Source: Camelus ferus
Lineage: Eukaryota
Direction: 5' to 3'
NCBI RefSeq assembly: GCF_009834535.1
Contig: NC_045707.1
Coordinates: forward strand, 58,654,001-58,718,000
Length of the DNA stretch: 64,000 nt
How positions within the stretch are numbered: position 1 is the first letter of the stretch; each line of letters starts with the position of its first letter. The position numbers and the translations under genes are program-made. The notes below the pieces were generated by a model. The model ran no database searches. It was not told the DNA's origin and saw nothing but the letters and a program-made list of their open reading frames with translations. Positions 11,771-25,862 of this stretch are shown piece by piece.

Positions 11771-14039
11771 AGTCTACTAGAGCTACTCCTTGTAGCTGTC
11801 AGAGTCGGAAGAAAAAACTGTAGGAACTTGATACGTACTTGGTTGACTGACAAGTACATGGTCTCAGAACGGTTCTAGAAATTCTCAAAGCAGTCCTAAA
11901 TTGTGGAAGGACAGTCTCTAGAAGGGGGCCTCAATGGTGTGCTGAGTGATAAAAGAACAGTGCAATGTGTTCAAACATCTGGCATCTCCCAGATGCCCAA
12001 GTAAAATTAATGACAATTTAAGAAAAGTACTAATATTCTCTAATGTCAGTGAAGAAAGCTGTGTTTACTTTATGGTTCTGTGGGAATAACACAATGTTCT
12101 TGTGCAGAGGCTAGATGATCCTAGCATTCTTAGGACGCTTTTTTGATCTTTTACGTAGAGGTGGTGAAAAATTTGTCTCGCCAGTGCTATGTTTTCGACG
12201 GAAATAGAGTTATCAAGGCAGAGAAATGAAAAGCTTTTCAAAAGCTTATGGGGTAAAGTCAATGGCAGATTTATTTATTTAATTATGTAGTTTTGTCGCT
12301 GTTCAGGGACTACTCACTTGCGTTGAGGTGGTGGGATGTGAAATTTTGAGAACTGAGCTGAATATATGCATAAGGAAACATTAAGAAATGTGGCATGTGG
12401 GAAAATTCTTGTCTCTAAGTGTAGCTGAACACTGTAGCTAACAAGAATAATTGTTGGAGCTTCTCTTTAGATAGTTATTTTTCTGGAATTACTTGCAACT
12501 CAGACCTTCCCAGAGGCAAGGAAAATGGAGCTAGAGATGTTTTTGAAAACTCTTTTCAGAGTTGTAATTTTGTAATATTGTAATAAATTCCAAGCTGACC
12601 ATGGGAATTGTGTTGTTCTGCACAAGCATTTTACTGCTACTAGGAATTTACAATAGTTGGAGATAATTTACTGTTTTATGAAGCATAACAGAATAATTGC
12701 ACCATTTTCAACTTTAAAGAGAAAAGAGTGGGAGAAATCTGGTCAGGATGATAAATGATTCACATCCGCCTGTGACTGTTTCCTTTTAAAAATGTAGAAT
12801 CGGTGTGTACACTAACATGTTCATTTAATGTTTAGGTTTTCATTTTTAAAATATTTTAATCTTCATTTGAATAGAATCTTTACAATTTGATATTTTTTGA
12901 GTTTGTGTGAATAATGTGGACATTTTCAGTTTTAGGTATTATTTTGCTTATACACGGCACACACATTGACTTCACAATCTAGTAGACCTTCCCCTCAAAG
13001 ACAAATCAGTGTTTTGACAAGAAGTGAACATCCATATAGGCCTGGCCAACAGTCTCCTTATATGTCCCATATTTTGTGAACATATTTCCAATAGCTACAT
13101 TCTGTCTTGACTCAGGGTTGCACTCATGACTTAGCGTCGAATGCTGACTGAAGGAACTTCCCCAGAGTTCGATAAAACCACAGAGGAAGCCCTGTAGGAG
13201 GAGTTGTTGGTCAGCTGGGTTGCTCTTTGTAGCTCAGGATTTAAATTGGGTGGGGTAGGTGGGAGCAGTGCCTGCAACATTAGCCCTTTGCCTCGAAATC
13301 ACAGCAATTACCTCATCAAGCTTCTAAACGGCTTGATGCCACCTCCTCTCACCTTTGGATTACTGTACAGGTACCAGGGATGAATAGAGTTTCCAAGCTG
13401 TCCTGTGAGTGGAAATCCAACAGTAAGGAAAAGATTTTCCGTTGGGATCCACACTGCATGGAGTGAATTACTGCCTTGACTTTTTTCCTCAAAGCCAAGC
13501 TCTTCCACGCCAAGGCTTTGCATGAAACTTCCTTCTCTCTCACTTACTCATCCTTCAGATTTCACTGTATTCAAAGGACCACCTTAATCCACCAAAGCAG
13601 CATGGATAGCCCTAATCGGTGTTCCCACACTGCCCAGCTATTTCCCTCAGCAGAAGCATATCAGGCTCTTGTCCCGTCTTTCACTACACTGCTCGTTTGG
13701 CGAAGGTGAGGGTCATGGAGCTCTCCTTACCATTTACCTCCAGAATATATCATGCTCCCCGTCATGGAGTCGGAACACAGAAAACATCAATCAAATGAAC
13801 GGATGGAGGCAACAGGGGCGGGGAGACAAAATAATCAGAGATAATTTCTCATTTTTGAGGCAGAGGTAAATAGAGCTATGGGGACCCTGTGAACACCTAT
13901 GATGAATTTGAGTGCCCCATGGGTTGACTCAGACCAGAACCCCAGTAGCAGTTTTCTAGGAACTGGGGTCAATGGTATGCAAATTTTTTATTAAAACTTC
14001 ACATTTCCCTGATATGTAATGCTGTCTTCCTTGTTCTCT

Positions 14040-14330
14040 AGCAATATTTCCTAAAGTTGGCATGGAATATGAATAGATGTGAAAGGAAAAGAAATGGATT
14101 ATATGGTCACCTAAGACTGGAAGGCGGTGGGTTGAATCAAGTTAAATCGGTTTCATATGTAGGCAGGCTATATCGGACTTCACTGTGCTAATACACAGGA
14201 CGCGTCTCCAAAGGAAAAAGACGTGCACCATTTCCAAGATGCAACTGACAATAGAAATTTTCTTTTTTAGACCACGGAATTTGTAACACCAAGTTTTTCG
14301 GCCACCTAATACAATACAGTTTGTAAGTCA
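14040..14330. mobile_element. hAT-Charlie non-autonomous DNA transposon (MER112-like), degenerate
   Basis: 'tggtcacctaagactggaaggcggtgggttgaatcaagttaaatcggtttc...gtgctaat...tctccaaagg' resembles the remembered consensus; subfamily uncertain. Confidence 0.5.
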
Positions 14331-15214
14331 TATCTCTTTGGTATAAAATATCTATTTTAAAGGACTATTTATTCAATACCCATAAGTGCAAGATTCAATG
14401 GTATGGCACTATGACAAGTATCTTCTTATTCTATTTGATAAAACATCATTAAATCATTGAAGTTCATCATCTAAGACATGTAGGGATGTCAATTGTTAAA
14501 ATCATATTGAGGACTATCTACTTATTATCAGTACAATTAAAATTGATACATGATACCTAAAGTATTTTGGCTAACTTATATGTGAAACATAACTATCCCC
14601 AAAATGACTCCTTTTGAAAATAACAATCAAAAGTGACTTGACCTTCCTGTGAAATACATTTTGGAATTGAAAGATATCCGGGCTTGCTCATTCATCAGCA
14701 GCTAACCTAGACAAGTTCATTATCTCTTTATATACTTCTGTTGGTATTCGAGGATGAGTCTAAAGAAACCCTTTTATTAGTCTAATTTATAGGCCTTTTC
14801 TTTGTCTGCACTTTGCCAGTTTAGATGTCACCTGTAATAACTATGAAAAATTGTTGTGTGCTCCATCTTCTTCTTTTTCTTTCTAAATCAGCAATCGAAG
14901 TTCTCTACAACTACCAGAGGGAGTTTAGTTCGAAAAAATAACAAATCTAATTTAACTGTACTGAGTTGCAATCTCTTGCCCTGATAGGCATTTTCTTTAG
15001 TATGAAAACTTCATCAGTGGGGACTCTCTTAAAACTGTTTCATCCATTCTAGGGGAATAAAATAAAAGAACGTGTTTATTTTAGATCACATAAATATTTT
15101 CTGTCCTATAATGGTGTAATTAAATGATGCTACTTTATCATACTTAGCTTTGAAAACTTGAGTTTCTTATTGCATCCTACATACACTGGGCAGATAAATC
15201 TTTATAAATCCCAC

Positions 15215-15650
15215 TACCAGTAATGTCATTCTGCTGCTTGAAATTCTCATTGGCTCCCCATTGCTCATCAAATTATGAATAAATTCCTTAGCCTGGTAAT
15301 TAAGGTCCTAACATTTTATTTTTCTTCACCAATTTTCTCCCTTTATCACTCTAATTAAGCTGGTTCTCCCCAAAATGTGCCCCACAACTTTCTGTCTTGT
15401 AGTTTCTTTTAATGTCTCCATGTCTCCCAGAATGACCACCTTTATCCTTGTTCTTTGAAAGTCAGTCAGTTCTTAAACTTCCTCTCAGTTCCTACCACTT
15501 CCAAGAGTCTATTCTTAATCCAGTCTACTGCATGATCATCACTTTCTTTTGGGAGCCCACAATCCCATTTTTAAACCTTCATATGTCTACCACATTACAT
15601 GATGCTTGGCACATAGATTTAGTTATTTAATAAAGATTTGTCTAGTGAGC
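15215..15650 (+). mobile_element. L2 3' region
   Basis: 'tcattctgctgcttgaaattctcattggctccccattgc' and 3' end 'tgcttggcacatag...ttaataaagatttg'. Confidence 0.7.
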
Positions 15651-16899
15651 TACTGACTTTCTTGTAGCATCTCTTTCTTGCCTTGAGTTAAAATTATCTG
15701 CGTTCTTCTCTAATCCTTTCAACTGAACTTTAAACTCTGAGAAGGGCAAAGGTTCTATTACTTACTACCTCTCTGCTCTGTGATAAACAGTTACTGAACT
15801 GAAGAAAACTCTTATTTCGTCCATTAAACTCGAAAGCTAAAAATTTCTGTAGCACGCTACCGCATCAACGTAGTAAACTTTGTTGGAGTGTGAAATCTGG
15901 TATACCAGAACTCTGTAGTTCTTGTACTTTGTCTAGGGGACTGATTTCTCATCTGAGATGTAAGAAAAACAGCAGTGGACGTAAAGTCCAAAGACTTGAG
16001 TTTGAGCCTTGTTTTACTGTAGCTCTTGTGACCTTAATAGGGTTTGATGATTAACTGTGTTAATGCCTCTGGAGAGCTTGATACAGTCCCTGCATATGGT
16101 AATGTTAAATATATAGACTATTACTAGTATTGTTACAGTTACTACTATACTATCACCCAGCATCCCTGTGAGAAGAAAATTGCGCGTTTTCATTTCAGTC
16201 ACTAGAATATTATGAATGAATTTACTGGGGAGGGGAATTGAGGTCATAACCATATTTGATACAAACAAATTAAGAAAAACAGTAATTTAAGAAATACTAT
16301 ATTAAAAATTCTAATTGTGGCATTTATATAAAACAACTATTGATTTTTAAATTTCTTATTTTTCTGATTACAAAAGTAATAGGTAAATAGTGAAAATATG
16401 TTAATACTGTAATATTTAAATATGTAAATATTGTAGGGATTTTTTTTTTAAATCCACAAATATATTAGGTAGAAAATCAAAATGTATTGTGATCTTACAG
16501 GTGAGATTTCCATTTACCCATTTACATTCCTTTAGAAATGGGACATTTTTTAAAAAAGACCTCATTATGAAGACTTCCTAAATTAGACATATACAAGAAG
16601 AAAGATACAGCTGAAGAATTTTACATCATTTTCATTATGAGTGAAAGCTTTATCAACGATTTTTAAATGACTGTTCTGGCATCCTATAAACTGAGTGTCT
16701 GAATGAAAGAGTTTAAGTTCATTATTTAGGTACCGTTTACATACAATTGACACATAGAATCTGTTCACTCTGTTCTTCCTGCTGTCCTTTGTTCATACGG
16801 ACCCCTCCTTCCCTCTCATTCCCAGCCTCATTCTTCCAGATTTTTTTTTTGGGGGGGAAATATATTTGGACATTGGAACTATGCCCTTAGCATCCTGTC

Positions 16900-17470
16900 C
16901 TTTTATGTCCATTCTTTCTTGGCAGACATATCCCACCAATAGTCAGGGCTTCAGCTACAATCTGAACGTTGATGATATTCCAATCTACATTTCCAACCAG
17001 AGCTTTTCCCTTTATTTCAGTTTTCCATTTTCCACTGCTGGCTGGAAATCTGCTGGAATCTCAAATCAGCATGCCCACAGCTGAGTCATCTTCTTCTGAC
17101 TCAAATCAGGCCCTCCTGTACTCTTTCACTTGGTCACAAAGTCCTGTCAACCTGACCTCTGTAATGTCTGCAGTTCATTCTCTCCTTGTGGTCTCTATTG
17201 TAGACGTAATTAAACTGCTTCTTAACTGATTTTCTACTTCTGTATCTCCAGTATCCATAACGTTCTGTAAATAACTGCTCTGCTAATCTTTCCAAAGCCT
17301 AGGACTGATACATCACTTCTCCGCTCAAAAACTATTAATGATTCTCTCCTGCTTAAGGAATAGTCTGGTATTCCACATTCGACTTATTCTGGTTCCAGTT
17401 ATATTTTTAGACTTATCTTCCATTACTTTCTCATATGTTACAGTCAAACTGAACTAAACTGTATTCCTCA
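16900..17470 (+). mobile_element. L2 fragment
   Basis: 'gggcttcagctacaatctgaacgttgatgatattccaatctacatttcca' and 'catcacttctccgctcaaaa'. Confidence 0.7.
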
Positions 17471-17509
17471 CATGCTCTAAAATAGTCACTTTTATTAGTA
17501 TCAAACACT

Positions 17510-17720
17510 TGGCTAAGCCTTTTACATGTATTATACCTATTAATACTCAGTACAAATTGCAAGGTAGGCATCATCAATATTTTTGCATAAAAGTGTAGAA
17601 GCTGAGGCCTGAAAAATAGGAAAGTTGGCTGATACTAACAGATTAGGAAGCAGAAGAGTTAGAGTTTGAAGACAAGCCAGTTGCTTCTGAAACACAGGTG
17701 TGTTCAATGGCTGTATCTGA
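17510..17720 (-). mobile_element. MIR SINE
   Basis: 'ctaagccttttacatgtattat...aaggtaggcatcatc...gaagctgaggcct'. Confidence 0.65.
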
Positions 17721-19469
17721 TTCCTTCCTGGGTTCAAGCTGAAGATTTATTCAGTATTTTCTTTAAATTTATTTTAATAGTCAGCTTCATTATTTAACAT
17801 TTATTCAGATATCTTATTTCTAGAAAGCCCTACCTTACAAAAAGGCCCTTGTCACGCCTCTTTTAGCCAATGCCATCATTGTGATGTTATCTTATTTTAC
17901 GTATGTGAAGAACTTACCAATGTCAGAGTTTGTTTACTGGAATGAATGAGCGTTAACATCTAGTCAGCTTTATTCAACCACTCTGCTTATACCGAGAAAA
18001 AGTATATAACAGTCTGGTAAATCAGTATTTGTTTAATGAACAAAGAGATCTTCATTTATTAAAAGTTTGCCAGTCCTTCAATATCCAAATTAAAGCCACC
18101 ACTTCAAAAATAGTGATTTCCACATCTTCCCTGTTACTTCCCAAATCGTACTGGTTATGATCACTCTTTTGTCCTTGAACTGTCTTAGCACTTGGTACCC
18201 ATTAGGAAACGTGCCATCTACACATTGTGCATGTTGTATATTGTGTCTTTAAATCCCATGCCCCGCTGGTTTGTAAGTTCCTGGAGGGCCACTGTCATCT
18301 ATTCAGTTCTGTAAGTGCCCAAACTCCTTATTTATATGCTTTCTGTAGTTTCTCAGTAAATCTCTATTAAACTTTCAAAAGCAGTTCTTCATATTTTGAG
18401 GCACATTTGGAGATGAATATTTTGTAGACCAAACTACAAAAAATTCATTTTGACTCGACTGTATGCTGTCAACACAATATTTTTGATAGTAACTTAGCAT
18501 ATAACATTGTAATATACTGCTAAAGAAAAACTATTTTCCAATGACAACAGCTCATGATAATACAGCAAAACAACAAATCCTGGGGTAGCTAGTATTAAAA
18601 TTTTTATTTTCTTCACTCTGGCAATATCCTTGACTATTTGCTATGTCCAAGTGCTTAAGATATGCATTTGAAATATCTATCAAGTTATATTTACAAATCC
18701 AGGAATAAGAAAAATTCCTAGCATGGGTGATAAAATTGGTTTTAAGAGATCCTCATTCTCTGGTATTACTTGTTAAAGATTCTTAATAATTCATGTTCAC
18801 ACATATGAAAAAAAACTGCCTGGGCAGAGCAAACCCTTTTAAAATCTGATCAGTGATCCCAGATACATTTCAATCAGGAAAGTTGAGCTGGACACTAATA
18901 GGTTACATCCTTTTCATTTTTATGAATCTAACAATAGTTACTTAAAATGTGTTTTTAAAATTTTAGATAAAATAAATATTATGCTATATAGTTTGATTAA
19001 AAAAAAAACTTTAAGTAACTCTTAAATAAGTCTATACGTACTTACATAAAGACTGACCCGGTAGACATTAGGTATATTTTTTTAAGTGAAGTTTTTCAAC
19101 AACTTTCTACTCCTAATTCCAGATTATCAATATAAGAAAAGGAATAGATGGATTAAATAAACAAAAAACATGCCAAAAAAATACATCCCTTAAGAATGTT
19201 CTTATTCTGGAAATTATTATTTTCCTTCTTTCACTCGGAATATTTTGAAGTGTCTGTGCAAAGCAAAAACAAGAGTAATCTATTTTAAAAGTACTCTAGA
19301 TGGAAGATTCAGGGTTTTTCTTTTATTTGCTTACTTGCATTTTTTATGTCTTCCCATTTTTTTGAATGAACACATATTTTTCACATAGTCAATAATAAAA
19401 ATGAATGCCATGACAAATAAAATGGGCATCTATGTTCAGGGAAAGCCATACTTAATGTTGCTTAAATGC

Positions 19470-19670
19470 ATTGGCTCTAGCGTCATTGATTTTGGAAGAC
19501 AATTCAAATGCTTACTAGACCTTGAGTAGACTGCTCTCTGTACTTCAGTTTTTACATCTATAAATTGGGAATGATGACAATACAATTGACATCATAGATT
19601 TGTGAAGAGGAAATGCTTCAATGAATGTAAAACATTTAAGAAAATACATGACAAATGTCAACATTGAAGT
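19470..19670 (+). mobile_element. MIR SINE
   Basis: 'cttcagtttttacatctataaattgggaatgatga...atgtaaaacatttaag'. Confidence 0.6.
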
Positions 19671-19889
19671 TATTTCTCAGAAGAGACAAAGGGTGAGTTT
19701 ATTTCATCAAATTCTATTCGCCACAATCAGGATGGTATTTCAGGGAACAGAGACCAACAACTCAGAGACATAAATTGATTCAGAAACGGCTCATCTTACT
19801 ATTATTGCAAGCCCTAATCTTATTTTATCTGTCTCAGAAATACAAGTAACAGCCAATGTGATATTTCGGATATATTTATATAGTTACTT

Positions 19890-20420
19890 ATGCAGTGAGT
19901 ATTTGCTGAGTATTTACTTTGTGCCAGGCATTGGAAAGACAGCCAAGATACTTGCTCTCCTATAGCTTTCATTCCAGTTTGGTAAAAAACAGCACTATTT
20001 CAGTTCCAGAGAAAGGCTGGGGAGGAAACAGAGCAACATAATGGATGGAGAGTGGCTATGTCTTAAAGGCAGCGCTGTTTCAGAAGGGTCTTTAGGAATA
20101 TCCTTGTTGAGGAGGGACTCTGAGGTCTGGGGGAAGCTTTCTGGATGGAGGAAGTGTCTTGTTTCTGATAATTTTAAAAGGTTGGTAGGTACCAGAAACA
20201 GCAAAAAGTCTGTGCCAGTAAGAGGGACGGTGGGGGCGTAGGGAGAAAGAGAGAACAGATATGTGTGCAGGTATATTTCTATGCATAGGGACTGATTTGT
20301 GAATGATCTTTTAGAGAATTTAGATTTTATTCATAATATAAATGAAAGCCATGAGGACGGCACAAGCAGCAGAGATAGACTATGATTAAAAAGACCAATT
20401 AGGAGGAGATAAATTTGAGT
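19890..20420 (-). mobile_element. L2 3' region
   Basis: 'gtatttgctgagtatttactttgtgccaggcattgg' is the antisense L2 3' terminus. Confidence 0.65.
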
Positions 20421-20561
20421 AAATGAACTCTAAAAAGATGTCAGTGTCTGTCAAAGCATCCCTGTGAACTTAACCTTTATGAACAGGTCATTGCATGATT
20501 TTCTGAGTGATCTTTCTTGAAGGCAACAACAAAGGAAGAAATAATATTTAATGTCTTTCCA

Positions 20562-21075
20562 TTTTTTTCTTTCTTTATCATGCAGAATTATACATAATAG
20601 AAAATTTACTACTTCAACCATCTCTAAGTGTATAGCTCTGTGGCATAAAGTACCTTTGCACTGCTGTGCAACCATGATCCTCATCCATCTCCAGAACTTC
20701 CTCATCTTCCCTAACTGAATCTCTGGTCCCGTGAAACACTACCTCCCTATTCCTTCCTTCCCTTGGGCTCTGACAACCACCTTTCTACTTTCTGTCTCTA
20801 TGAATTTGACTACTCTAGGTACTTCAAATACGTGGGATCATACAACACTTCTGCCTTTGTTACTGGCTTCTTTCACTTGACATAACATCTTTAAGTTTAA
20901 TTCATGGTGTAGCATACGTCAGCCTTTCCTTCCTTTCTGAGGCTGAAGAACATTCCGTTGTGTGTATATGTCATGTTTTGTTTATCCAGTCATTCACTGA
21001 TTGACACTTGGGTTGCTTTTACCTTTTGACTATTGTAAATAAAGCTCCTATGAACGTGGGTGCACATATATCTGT
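20562..21075 (-). mobile_element. L1 3' end (L1MB-like)
   Basis: 'ctgtgcaaccatgatcctcatccatctccagaac', 'ctttctgtctctatgaatttgactactctaggtac', 'gacacttgggttgcttttacc'. Confidence 0.9.
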
Positions 21076-21869
21076 CTTCTTCGTTTGAAGGTATGACTTT
21101 TTCCCTGGATTTTAGTATTTAAGTATATTCTGTTGGCAATAATAAAATAAACCTACCAACAAACAACCTTATTTATTCCTTTATGAGCATAAGAATATTG
21201 GAGAACAAAATAAGATTTGGTTAAGTTTCCCAGGGCGGTGATAGAGAAGTAGCATATTTATTGTCATTGCTACAATGTGGTTGGAATTTTTTGCTTTTCA
21301 TAGTGCAACTAAGAGTAATATAAAAATAGAGGATTTTGTACGCAAAGATTTAGCCATTCTTCAGATGAGAAAAAAAGAAAACCCAGCTGCTAATAGATAT
21401 ATACCTACATAGCTCTAAGGGTGGTTAAGTATTAAAAGAGAATAATTAAAAATCTAAATCAATTGATATTTTTATGAAACGAGTCAACCACTATTGTATG
21501 TAATCATTCCGTAAACAGGCTCAACTTTTGTTTTCTGATTACCGGAGTGATTCATCCTCGCTCATTACCTTATTACAGGGAATTCAGAAAACGGAGCCAA
21601 CATAATAATAAACCACTGCAACTGCGTCATCAAATCAGTTTTTGTTTCTACCTTTTCAATATTTTTTGTAGGCATATTTTCATAAATATTTGAGAAATGT
21701 TTCTGTCTATATTGCTGTATAAGATCGTCTTTTCTCTTCTCCTTCCCCCACCATCCTCTTCTCCTTCTCTTTCTTCTAAAACAAATGCTATCTTGGAAGA
21801 ATTTTTCTTCCTATTCTTATGACTTTTTAAGCAGTCCAGTTTTCAGTGACAAACATATAAGATACAGTA

Positions 21870-22115
21870 GGATCTGGTGGTTAAGGTGAGGCTTTGGGAG
21901 ACAGCATGAGGTCAAAGTTAACCCTGTCCCTTTCTAGCTGTGTGACCATGGGCAAATCATTCAACTTCTCTGTGCCTCTTTTTTTCATTCTACAATGGAG
22001 ATAAATCTAATATTTCCTGTAGTTGCTATGAGTACTCCATAAATTAAGATTAATGGATTACTGCTTAAAACATTACGTGGCACCAAATAAACACTTCCAA
22101 CGTTGGTTTTTATGA
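21870..22115 (+). mobile_element. MIR SINE, near full length
   Basis: 'ggtggttaagg...ctagctgtgtgaccatgggcaaatcattcaacttctctgtgcctc'. Confidence 0.85.
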
Positions 22116-22259
22116 TTTAGCATAAAGTCTATTTTAAAATTCTGTTCTATATCACATATAGATGATACATTATCTTAAAGTTGGAAAATCATAGGAATTA
22201 TTAAATTATTTAACACTTTGACAATACCTGGGAAATTTCTGTGGTGCCTCATGAATTAC

Positions 22260-22443
22260 GGTCATTCTAAAACTTCAGCATACAACACAACCGCGGGGAC
22301 GCTGAATAGAAATGCACCCTTTCAGATTCCATCTTGGAGGATCTGGAGTAAAACTGTAGTCTTAGTGCTGTGCCTTGAAAAAGCTGAGCTGGATACATCT
22401 CTGATCTCAGTAAGCAAGTCATTGCCATAGTCAGAGACCAGTG
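22260..22443. mobile_element. MER5-like hAT-Charlie MITE, degenerate
   Basis: 'ttctaaaacttcagcatac...gggacgctgaatagaaatgcac...gagaccagtg'. Confidence 0.5.
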
Positions 22444-24270
22444 TCCGCCATCTACATAAAATCACACAGGACAACACTGACATTCTAAAGTGTACAAGTG
22501 TGTGTTGTTAACAAAGACACGGATTTACAAGAAAAATTCTCACTCTTCTAAAGATATTTACCAGCGATATTTATAAATGCTTTCCTGCACATTATTAGAA
22601 ATAACCTATGTAAATTTTGAAAAGCCTACTTTGTGCTCACGGAGGACTCCATCCAAGAAGCTATGATTCCTTCAATAATTCTGATTTTTTTGGATAATTC
22701 TTCGCTCTTCTTTCTCAAGAGTACATTTCTATCAAACCAGATGCCTAACAAGTCTATGTCTTTAAATCACTAATTTTTATTCCTTGCTAAAAGATAAGAT
22801 TAACCAAGCATATGTTTATTCCAAATTGCACTGCTTTAAAATTTCCAGTTCCAATGAGTAATGGTTAGACAAAAAGAACCTGATTATGGTAGAGCTTCTC
22901 TTTTGTGGGGAAAAACATGGTTTTTTGAATTAATGTATTTCTTGATTGGTGACAAAGGAGTAAGTGACATCAGAGAGAAACTAGCATCTTTCTCAGGATC
23001 ACTAACGTCATGGACTGTGAGTTGAGTAGAAAAATGAACCTCCCGGCTGCATGGCCTTTACTTGGTGAAGTTTATATAGGTTCGTCATTGCCAAGATTGG
23101 ATGGAGCTACCAAGCACAGGGCTCAGGTTGAGCATTCATCTTTTCTTTTATTTCTTCTTTCCTGTGTTTACTGTGTAGAAAATTACCATTGACTGCCTTT
23201 TTTGAAATTACTTCCTCGTCTGTCCTTAAGTGGCCACAGTAAACCTCGGAAGGACAAAAAAAATCAATACTTAGACATCAGACTGGTTAAGGTTGCTCTT
23301 CAAACAATCTATGTAGTGTGCTATTGACACGTTCTGAAATCACATGTAGACAGGTCACAATTTGGAGATCTTGTTGTGGTTCAACTGGATCTGTCTTAGG
23401 AACTGCTGATTAGTTCACAAAGAGATCCAGCCCCTCACCAGGTGCCTCTGCTGGCATGCGGTCCTCTCCCGCTATGCCATTGCCGGGTACCACATGGCTA
23501 AGGTGGTGGTGCGCCAAGAGTAGGAAGATGGGAACATTACTGTCAGTCACCACAGGCCAGAACCTCCAGAGTTTTCTCTGGTGATAAATTGGACTCTCTG
23601 TAAAAGTAATTTCTTTTTAAAGACTACTGTAAAATATTTAGCTGAGATGACATCTTCACAACCCGAAGTTCTAGTCTACCCCTTGAGATAGGGTGATACC
23701 AGCAACATTGTTGACCTGGACAAGTTTAGACACAGCCAACGTTAACCGAGTCCCTGCTGCTGCACGTTCCATGTTGCTTGTGTTCTTGCTGCCAAGACTG
23801 TAGGGTTTTCCATTCCTGGTTTTCTGATGTGGCATATGAAGAGTTTGCTATTAAATGCTGAATTATGGAATTAACAGAGTCAAGGTAACTTAGAATTAGT
23901 AGGGGCCACCTTACTCCCAGCTCCTTTGGAGGTGACAGTGTTTTGGAAGAAGTGGGGGCTTTAGTGTCAGAAAGACTTCCTTTCAGACGATGGCTGTGCC
24001 TCTTTTGGGATGTATGACCTTGGACAAGTTGGTTAGCCTTTTGTAGATTCACATTTGTGTGTAAAGCTCAATGTTAATATCTCATTCATGTGAGTATCAG
24101 AAGAGGAAATAAAATCAAGAACGTGCAACTCCTATGTTTTGGCCCAGCATAGAAATTTATTAAATGGTGGCTCAGATAAAACATAAGCCCAGAGGGGTTA
24201 AGTAAAAACATAATTGAAAAAAGCTTTTTGGGAAACAAAACAGATTTTAAAAGGTAATGGATGGTCTGTT

Positions 24271-24274
<4 letters not shown>

Positions 24275-24314
<40 letters not shown>
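24275..24314. repeat. (TG)20 microsatellite
   Basis: Uninterrupted TG run. Confidence 0.97.
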
Positions 24315-24317
<3 letters not shown>

Positions 24318-25029
24318 ACACTTTAAAGAGATTGGCCTTCTGGTCTCACCGTGAAGGAGGTGAGGAAAACCAGGGTCTTCTCCAGTTAGTAACTAACAGT
24401 GCAACTTTAGGAGTCCTACTTTTCTATTTCCAAGTAGGATCCTTAAAAGTTAAAATTTTCTATCATTATTAAATATACAGTTACAGTTGTGATAGTTCTA
24501 AGATTATTCCTTGGAGGAGCAGGCAAATAGGCTGCTTTTCAGAAGTCAAAGGAGTGCTTTTCTCCTTGAATAGCGATGGACAAGGCCTTCTTTGACAAGA
24601 TCTTAGCCTTTTTATGAGTGTTCTGATTTTCCAGAGGGACTGTCAAAGATAGCACAGTATCTCATCGCGATACCAGCTCTTATGGGTATTCTAAGAAAAG
24701 GGAGAATGATGTTTTCATAGCCCCTTGGAAAACTGCTTTCTGAGACCTTAGGGGTTTAAACCTTGTGGGTAGATGATCTCAGTGACCTCTGGCTAATGGA
24801 CTGTCTGGCAGTCTCATGCATCATTAAAGGATGAGACTATCTTACTGTAATTTTGCAAACGAGGGAATATATAGTTGAGATTGCTCAGAAATATGGCTGA
24901 TATCCCATAGACCAGTTTAGAGGAACCAGGCCCATTCAGAGTCTCTTTGACTTTGACTTCAGTGGTAAAGGAATAAATCTGTGCTCCTGGGACAGTCTCT
25001 GATGTTTTCAATTCATCCCACGTCCCTTT

Positions 25030-25862
25030 TTATGCTACACGTTCTACCTTGAGCAATTGCATCTACACCTGTGGCTTCAACCTTCCTGCCTATGTGAGAC
25101 TCCTAAGTATATAAATCAGCTTATCTCACAGGATCCTTCCACCCAAGGCTTCCAAAATCAGGCATATTATTTTCACACTGATTCAACTCCAGCCAGTCTC
25201 TCTTTCATTCTCTGTTTAGGTTAATGGTGCCTGGAAATGACCCTTTACTTCCCGCTCTTTTCATCTTACGCTACTGTGCTTTGTCATTAACTGGTGTGGA
25301 CCCTGATTCCCTAAAAATCTCTTGATTCTGTCTCAGCTTCTTAAACACCTTGACTGTGTCCCACCTCTCTGTGAATATGGCAGTAGACTTTTACGTGAAC
25401 TTGGTACCTAAGTTAATTCATCCTTTATACTGTTTCTGACATGACGAATCACCTACCTCTGCTCAGAATCCTTTAATATCCACCCAGCCAACATCCAGCC
25501 CCTCACCTTTTACTTTTCTTCTTTCCAGTCCCGTTTAACTTCTTTTCTCCAAATCGATCATTATCATTGCTTTCCTCTCTTCTCTTTATCATACTACTTT
25601 TTTTTTTTCACCTAAAATGCCTTCCCTCATTAGCAAATTCTTACTCACCCTTTATGGTTCAGCTAAATATCACCTTAGCAGTGAAATTTTCCTCGACTGA
25701 CCCAGAAAAAGCCAAAGCCCTCTTCTTTGGACAATACCTATTGAAGCACGAATCACACTTAGCAAAGTCTGTTTACATGTCCTGTCTCGTAGGGAATTTG
25801 GAAGATCCGTGTGAGCAGGTGTATTGTTCTACCTGGCCAACATCTTAGCACCTGGCACATAT
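25030..25862 (+). mobile_element. L2 fragment(s)
   Basis: 'catctacacctgtggcttcaac', 'tcttactcaccctttatggttcagctaaatatcacc', end 'cttagcacctggcacata'. Confidence 0.65.
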
